A stretch of 61,872 nt of DNA, filler included, from Candidatus Ancaeobacter aquaticus (lineage in GTDB: Bacteria > Auribacterota > Ancaeobacteria > Ancaeobacterales > Ancaeobacteraceae), in the NCBI GenBank assembly GCA_030765405.1. It is 5 parts of 5 records of this genome, joined end to end, with 100 filler letters (N's around TTAATTAATTAA, not from the genome) between each part and the next. Parts side by side here need not be neighbours in the genome. Positions count along the whole stretch, not along the records: positions 56,046 to 61,872 come from JAVCCP010000070.1; 4 more parts are not named here. One strand, 5' to 3'. The position numbers were made by a program, and so were the translations under genes. Below, in pieces: positions 56,046 through 61,872 of the stretch. Each line of letters starts with the position of its first letter. Within the stretch, counting starts at the first letter, position 1. The notes under the pieces were generated by a model. It was given only the letters and a program-made list of their open reading frames with translations. It had not been told where the DNA came from and ran no database searches.

Positions 56046-58338
56046 AAAGACTACCCGCCTTATCATAAGAATAGACCTTTTCATTATCCAGTTGATCTCT
56101 TTGTTTTATCAATCGGTTAAGAACATCGTACCGATAAAAAACTTCTCCACCCTTTGGATCTTTTACCATTAAGAGATTACTCAGCGCATCATACTTCATC
56201 TCGACAGCATTCCCGTTGCCATCAGTTGCTTTTATCATTCTTCCCAGTGGATCATAGCTGTACCATAATGCTACCCCTTTGCCATTTACCACCTCAATAA
56301 GATTCCCCCCTTGATCATATGCATAAGTTTGCGAAAAACCTAATGGATCAGTCATTTTGATCATTTCCCCAAGATCATCATACGTATATTTCGTTACTGC
56401 ACCTTTCCCATTAACGTATTTCAAAAGTTTTCCATACATATCATATATATACCGTGTTTTCACCCCATCAGTATTTATGACTGCCGCTAGTTTATTCCAC
56501 CAGTCCTTAGTGTATGTGTATCGAGTTATATTCCGCCTAGCGTCTTTCATGGAAACAACATTATCAAACTGATCGTATTCCATCTTTATAACGGCATCTT
56601 TACCATTATTTGTTTTTCTTATGATCTTTCTAAGATTTAGCCGCGCATCATACCAATATTTAGTTTTATTACCATTAGGGTCCGTATATAAGATAACATT
56701 GCCTAAACCATCTCTTTTATAATACCTAACAATGCCCTGCCCCACATCATCTCCCATTTTCTTTACGCTTTTTATGTATCCACGGCTATCATAATTTATT
56801 TGCGTCTTTTTACCCACAGGATCAGTTATCATAACGGGCATTCCATATCTATCATTCTTAAAAACAGTTACTGCGCCATCTCCCTCAATTATCTTTCTAA
56901 TATTGCCTTGTTTATCACGCAGCATCTCTGTAGTTACTCCCAAAGCATTCTCTACAACTATCAGTTTATTTGACCTTCGATCATATCGATATCTGGTAAC
57001 ATTTCCTAGCGGATCAACCATCATAATAAGATCACCTCTGGCGTTATACCGATAACTATACTCACCACCATTCTTATCAAGTACACACGCAACATTGCCT
57101 TCCTTATCATACTTCCGATCAATAACGCCACCGAGTGCATCAATCTCTTTAACGATCTTATTATCATCATTGTAATATGACTGGGTTCTCTTTACTGCCC
57201 TCTCATAAAATGTAACGATTTTCTTCTGATCATCGTACACAAAGCGGTACATCAATCGATCCTGTTCATTTCCCTGCTCAATAACACGATTTTTCTCATC
57301 ATACCTCATGATAAGTTTAACCCCATCACTATAGGTCTTCTCTACCATATTCTTGTTTCTGTCATATTTGTATTGAACAATACCTCCGGTAACACCCTGC
57401 ACCTCTAACAAAATATCATCTGTGTAATTACATACGTATTTTACTTTTCTTCCCGCAGAGTCTTTGATCTCTTTTATTTTACCGTTAAAATCATAGCTAA
57501 ATTTTATCCAATCACCGTATCTGTCTGTAACTTTTACAAGCTTCTGTGTAATATTGTTGTATTTCATTGTAAAAAGAACGCCATTGAGGTCTTTTATATA
57601 GGTAACGTTCCTATGGTAAGAGGAATCGAAGACATAGGTAACTCTATCTGGCGTTATTAAGTAGACATTACCTTTTCTACCTCTCACAAGGTCATTATAT
57701 ACCCCTTTCGGTGCAACATACTTCTTCCCATCCTTCTTGTAGTAATGACTTTCACCTGTACCCATATGTACTATTGCGCCTTTTTCTTTCTCTTCCAAAC
57801 GGATATCATACCTATGGCTCCAGCCATATCCAAAAGATCCCTTTTCCACTGAATTTAAGCTATTGTAATACCGTTTGAATAAGAGCGCTGTATCAGTTCG
57901 GTTAGCTGGAAGGTCAGTTACAGATTCAAAATAATTTCCCGTGGGAATTACCACTGGATCAGATACTTTTGTCTGCCCAGTTTTCTTATCACCTGACTTA
58001 CTTACGGGATCTTGCTGAGTTGACCCTCGCAATATTTTGATGGGCTTTATGTGCTTTTTTAATTTCTTTAATGCGACTTTTTCATCTTCTCCATATTCAT
58101 CATCTTCAAAGTCTTCATCTTCAAAGTCTTCTTCATCTCCAAATTCTTCACGTTCAAACGGTTTCCATTCCTGCGAAACATTCACTTTTTCTTTTGAAGA
58201 GAGATCAGTAAATCCTTTAGGCTCATCTTTAGCGGTAAAATCGCAGGGATAGACAGAAAGTGGATAACATAAACTGATAATAAGAGACGATATAATAAAT
58301 GAGTTAAAGAATGTTTTTATTATTTGATTTATTGGCAT
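56046..58338 (-). CDS. RHS/YD-repeat protein, 3'-truncated
   Basis: Signal peptide, acidic tract, 'DPVVIPTGNY..RYYNS...FGYGW' pre-RHS domain, many 'Y.YD..G' repeats; runs off the contig. Confidence 0.9.
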
Positions 58339-58422
58339 TATAAAGCAACCGAATAATTTTAAATTACCTGAATTACATTTTTAGAAAAGATACTTAACTT
58401 GAGAACTTTATCTATTCCTACA

Positions 58423-58659
58423 TCAAATATCTAAAAGTTGAACAATTTTAACAACTCTTTGAAGTCTTTCTCTACTTCCATGATATCGTCTCCTTAAGAT
58501 TTGAACTGCTTCAATACGTTCTTCTGGAGTTTTCGATAACCAATATTCCAAGTCATCTTTTCTTTGTTGATCATCATTCAAATTGTATTTACGCACTACC
58601 TTTTTTATCACGTTTTCTCCATCTTTTATTCGTTTGCAAAAGCACTTAAAAAATATCAA
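58423..58659 (-). CDS. Small antitoxin-like hypothetical protein
   Basis: 'DDLEYWLSKTPEERIEAVQILRR'; start uncertain. Confidence 0.55.
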   Translation of the reverse strand: MIFFKCFCKRIKDGENVIKKVVRKYNLNDDQQRKDDLEYWLSKTPEERIEAVQILRRRYHGSRERLQRVVKIVQLLDI

Positions 58660-58691
58660 AATAGATTCTTTAAATTAGCTTAATAGCCTCG

Positions 58692-59030
58692 TTAGATATT
58701 TATTAGATTCTTAATTTCAGATTTTAATTTTGGTAGGTTAAATTTTATAGCGTCCCAGATTATTTTAGAATCAACAATATCATACCCGTGGATAATAACA
58801 TTTCTAAAACCAATAATCTTGTGACCATCTGTGATCTTAGATAAACAGTCCTCATCAACGTTTTTTATCCTATAGAGCGCTTCTCCGATGATTTCGAACT
58901 TTCTCTCAATGGCAGATTGCAGGAGAGAGTCTTCTGTGAGGTCTTCGTAACTTTTGCCTTTTATAAAAGATTCTATTTCCTCAATAGATTGCTGAATATC
59001 GTGTAGATATTTCTTAATGTCATGCAGCAT
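58692..59030 (-). CDS. HepT/DUF86 HEPN toxin
   Basis: 'AIERKFEIIGEAL', 'IIGFRNVIIHGYD' (R-x4-H); ATG 59030 overlaps the MNT stop. Confidence 0.9.
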   Translation of the reverse strand: MLHDIKKYLHDIQQSIEEIESFIKGKSYEDLTEDSLLQSAIERKFEIIGEALYRIKNVDEDCLSKITDGHKIIGFRNVIIHGYDIVDSKIIWDAIKFNLPKLKSEIKNLINI

Positions 59031-59349
59031 ATATGTTTTTTCTTGTTTGATCGATACTTGCTTGTAGATAAGGATTCTTGACCGAGCCATCAATTATGAT
59101 ATCAATTTGGCGATGAAAAACGTTCTGCAGTTTTTCTTTTAAGACAAAATAATCGTCAAAACGGTTAGAATTTTCATTCTTTTCAAATTCTACGATTACA
59201 TCAACGTCACTATTTGGACCAAAGTCATCGGTCGTAGCCGATCCAAATAGATCCAGTTTTTTAAGATGTAACCCGCTACATATTTGTTTAATTTCTTCTT
59301 CGAAATATTCTATATCAAACATAACTAAACATCTCCTAACCAAACACAT
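59020..59349 (-). CDS. Minimal nucleotidyltransferase (MNT) antitoxin
   Basis: 'LDLFGSAT...SDVDVIVEF'. Confidence 0.9.
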   Translation of the reverse strand: MCLVRRCLVMFDIEYFEEEIKQICSGLHLKKLDLFGSATTDDFGPNSDVDVIVEFEKNENSNRFDDYFVLKEKLQNVFHRQIDIIIDGSVKNPYLQASIDQTRKNIYAA

Positions 59350-59417
59350 TATATCATTTTCTTATTTTCTAATAAATATAAATCTAACTCCATTATGCCG
59401 ATGACCGAAAACCGCGA

Positions 59418-59441
59418 TAGCAAAAAGAGTGTCCCGATTTA
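59418..59441 (+). repeat. 24-bp direct repeat, copy 1
   Basis: TAGCAAAAAGAGTGTCCCGATTTA, identical at 60561-60584. Confidence 0.9.
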
Positions 59442-59822
59442 CTTACCCTTTAATGTATTTAACACATCTTCAATTGCTTTAGTATATATATCTTTAATCC
59501 TACTGAATATCGCGTCAGAAATCTCTTTACTGTATATATGGGAAGTTTTATTCCTATCCTCCATCATATTGAGAAACGTATCCTCACCATGTATCCATCC
59601 AAGCCTAAAAGCTTCTTTCAAAGTTTTTTTTGGTGTTTTTACATCAATCCCTTGATCCTTAATAAATATTTTCAAAGTTTTCCACAATAATTCATATGTA
59701 ATTTTAAATCTGTGAATCACACCATCTTTCTCCAGCTCACATTCAGCTGACAGAACACCCTCTTTAAGTTTATTAATAGCATTCTCAAGCTTTTCTAAAG
59801 CAAAGCTAATCTCTTCGCTCAT
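59439..59822 (-). CDS. HI0074-family HEPN (nucleotidyltransferase substrate-binding) protein
   Basis: 'DGVIHRFKITYELLWKTLK', 'PKKTLKEAF', 'DRNKTSHIY'. Confidence 0.88.
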   Translation of the reverse strand: MSEEISFALEKLENAINKLKEGVLSAECELEKDGVIHRFKITYELLWKTLKIFIKDQGIDVKTPKKTLKEAFRLGWIHGEDTFLNMMEDRNKTSHIYSKEISDAIFSRIKDIYTKAIEDVLNTLKGK

Positions 59823-59842
59823 GAATCACCTTTCCAGTTTTA

Positions 59843-59911
59843 CTAGATAGCATTTTCCATGTTTGATTGGATAATTTGTATTTTTCTATTCATTATGTCG
59901 CGGTCAACCAC
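59843..59911 (-). pseudogene. 22-codon N-terminal stub of a probable DUF86/HepT toxin
   Basis: GTG with SD overlapping the MNT stop; MVDRDIMNRKIQIIQSNMENAI*. Confidence 0.5.
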
Positions 59912-60335
59912 ACCTCATCTCCTTCTCAAACTCACGATTATACGTATCGTGAACATATTTAAAATCGAAATAATTCAACAATGTTCTCTCTTTGAATTGA
60001 GCATATTTATATTCGTCTTTCACATAAATTAACTCTCCTTGACTGATTATTCTATATGACAATATAATCGGAGCTTTATTTAAGATAACAAGATCTATCT
60101 CTTTTCCTCCAAACCTGTTTGTAATATCTACTGATAATTCAAGTTCCTTTTCGAGGGATACCTCTGAAGACGATTCAAGCAATAAAGCTATATCAATATC
60201 GCTTTTATTATGAGTGAACCCATTAACCTGAGAACCAAAAAGAAAAACAGCAACAATTTCGCTGTTATTTTTAAAATAGGAACCAAGTTTTTCTTTCAAT
60301 TCTTTTATAATTTGTGTCATTTCTAACAATCTCAC
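59904..60335 (-). CDS. MntA-type nucleotidyltransferase antitoxin
   Basis: 'VFLFGSQV....KSDIDIA', 'IDLVILN.AP..LSY.II..G.LIY'. Confidence 0.9.
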   Translation of the reverse strand: MRLLEMTQIIKELKEKLGSYFKNNSEIVAVFLFGSQVNGFTHNKSDIDIALLLESSSEVSLEKELELSVDITNRFGGKEIDLVILNKAPIILSYRIISQGELIYVKDEYKYAQFKERTLLNYFDFKYVHDTYNREFEKEMRCG

Positions 60336-60560
60336 ACTGTTTTACGCTTATTTGTTTAGAATTATTATATAAAACTCAATAATATAAGTACACTTTAAAA
60401 TAATATAAGATAGCCGTGAGCGTTAGCTTCGTATGACAACAAATTAACATCTTTTGAACGATATATTCGCGTATATTATTTGTGAAGTTTATCGCGAAGC
60501 GGCTTTCCTTCTTGAAAAATAGTTGTTTGAATGCTTTTTATCGCACTACAATAAAAACAG

Positions 60561-60584
60561 TAGCAAAAAGAGTGTCCCGATTTA
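60561..60584 (+). repeat. 24-bp direct repeat, copy 2
   Basis: Identical to 59418-59441. Confidence 0.9.
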
Positions 60585-60795
60585 TGAGCTGTGATTCAAG
60601 AGAAAACTTTAAAGATAATGGGGTAATATTTTGATGGCGAAAGGATCTTTGGGTAAATTGTAAGTCAGATTGACAATTTGTCCATTTTGAAAATGGCATC
60701 TTGTTAATAAAAAATAGAACGTCCTAAATTTACTTAAAAAAAGGTTAAATTTAATTTATAATTATGATAGCATATTTAGTTGGAGGTAGATTAAG

Positions 60796-61044
60796 TTGAG
60801 TCCTACAGTGTTCAGAGAAGGAAAATATAGATTTTATTTTTTCTCCAGAGAGGAGCCAAGAGTTCATATTCACGTTATTTCTCCGAACGGAGAAGCAAAG
60901 TTTTGGTTAGAACCGTTAATTTCATTGGCAAACTATTCAGGTTTTTCCAAAAAACAATTGAGTTTTTTACAAAAGACTGTAGAGAGACATAAAAATGAAA
61001 TTATTAAAAAATGGAAAGAGCACCTTAAAACCAGAGATAACTAA
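60796..61044 (+). CDS. DUF4160 family toxin-like protein
   Basis: 'MSPTVFREGKYRFYFFSREEPRVHIHV...EAKFWL'. Confidence 0.85.
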   Translation: MSPTVFREGKYRFYFFSREEPRVHIHVISPNGEAKFWLEPLISLANYSGFSKKQLSFLQKTVERHKNEIIKKWKEHLKTRDN

Positions 61045-61255
61045 TATTTCTGAACATGGTTTTTGGATTTTATTAAACGAAACGGAATATTTTCTCCCCT
61101 TCGAGAAATATCCCTGGTTTAAAAACGCCAAAATATCCTCAATAAGTACCGTAAAATTGTTCCATAATCATCATCTATACTGGCCCGAGTTAGATATTGA
61201 CCTATCCATAGAAATTTTAACCAATCCAGAAAAGTACCCTTTAACATACAAGTAA
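60995..61255 (+). CDS. DUF2442 family antitoxin-like protein
   Basis: 'EYFLPFEKYPWF', 'LYWPELDIDLS'; overlaps the DUF4160 gene. Confidence 0.85.
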   Translation: MKLLKNGKSTLKPEITNISEHGFWILLNETEYFLPFEKYPWFKNAKISSISTVKLFHNHHLYWPELDIDLSIEILTNPEKYPLTYK

Positions 61256-61370
61256 TAGACTCTATTATCAAATCACTGTACCCGACCGTAAAACACTAAC
61301 TACTATTAAAGTAATTGCATTGCAACTACTTTAATGCTAACAACTTAGAATGAGTGTCTCGCTAGGACCG

Positions 61371-61793
61371 CTAAAATTGATTAGTTCGGAGCATAACGAG
61401 AGTACAGGCATGAACGGTTTTAATCCCTTCTGCTCTAGCTTTGTATTCAAGATTGGAATTCTCTGTGCCGGGATTTAATATTATCCTTCTCGGTTTTTTC
61501 GAGATAATATCATCTAAAATGGTGTTAGATATAGCAGGACCTACATAGAGCGTAATTGTATCTATTTGATCAGCAATATCGTTTATAGAAGAATATACAG
61601 GAACACCCTCAATATCTTTTACTCTCTGATGGACAGGATAGACATCATGTCCTTTTTCTTGCAGGAGGGTCACTGCCTGATATGAATACCTCTCAGGTTT
61701 ATTTGAAGCTCCTATCACTGCTACTTTCATACATTTGCCTCTTTTAACATATTTCAGTCGAGTAGATATAATATGGCCGTCACACTTAGACAT
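61371..61793 (-). CDS. CoA-binding (YccU-like) protein
   Basis: 'VAVIGASNKPERYS', 'YPVH', 'LNPGT', 'ACTLVML'. Confidence 0.9.
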   Translation of the reverse strand: MSKCDGHIISTRLKYVKRGKCMKVAVIGASNKPERYSYQAVTLLQEKGHDVYPVHQRVKDIEGVPVYSSINDIADQIDTITLYVGPAISNTILDDIISKKPRRIILNPGTENSNLEYKARAEGIKTVHACTLVMLRTNQF

Positions 61794-61872
61794 GCTTTGT
61801 GTTCCCTGTTACTCTCCCCTTTCGGTTTGGAGAGTGTCACATTATTCTGTCTTATGCTTCGACTTCAACACC

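Noticed and set aside
1..61872. tRNA, rRNA or tmRNA genes, or a tRNA-type att site at the IR ends
   Set aside because: No cloverleaf with a GTTCGA T-loop or rRNA signature recognised by eye; a tRNAscan/Infernal run would be needed to exclude divergent ones.

Overview
The window is five assembly contigs joined by 100-nt N/TTAATTAATTAA spacers: 1-14334, 14435-31509, 31610-38817, 38918-55945 and 56046-61872. They come from an AT-rich, probably uncultured anaerobic bacterium, and adjacency across the spacers is not biological. Contigs 1 and 4 are mostly chromosomal: two prenyl synthases, fprA, a collapsed nfnAB scar, a lone rplC, rlmE, nadE, nth, a hopanoid cluster (hpnH, shc, hpnA), suhB and a truncated IS3. 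Contig 5 holds the N-terminal part of an RHS/YD-repeat gene and a cluster of toxin-antitoxin modules. Contigs 2 and 3 each start and end with a perfect inverted repeat of exactly 127 bp. This is the expected trace of a k=127 assembly graph around a longer collapsed inverted repeat, so both segments are probably IR-bounded. Contig 3 is a compact candidate antiphage cassette: a MerR-like HTH gene coupled to a 631-aa UG/Abi-like reverse transcriptase (YCDD), divergent from three predicted nucleases (one HEPN, two PD-(D/E)xK-like). Contig 2 is a mosaic array of mostly exported or membrane proteins. It carries five zinc-ribbon modules, three thermonuclease copies, a GC-rich serpin and a PLD protein with a DnaD-like tail. 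It also contains a complete c-di-GMP-I riboswitch unit, predicted to be an OFF switch, in front of a gluzincin-thermonuclease fusion. All family calls come from motif recognition by eye; no searches were run.
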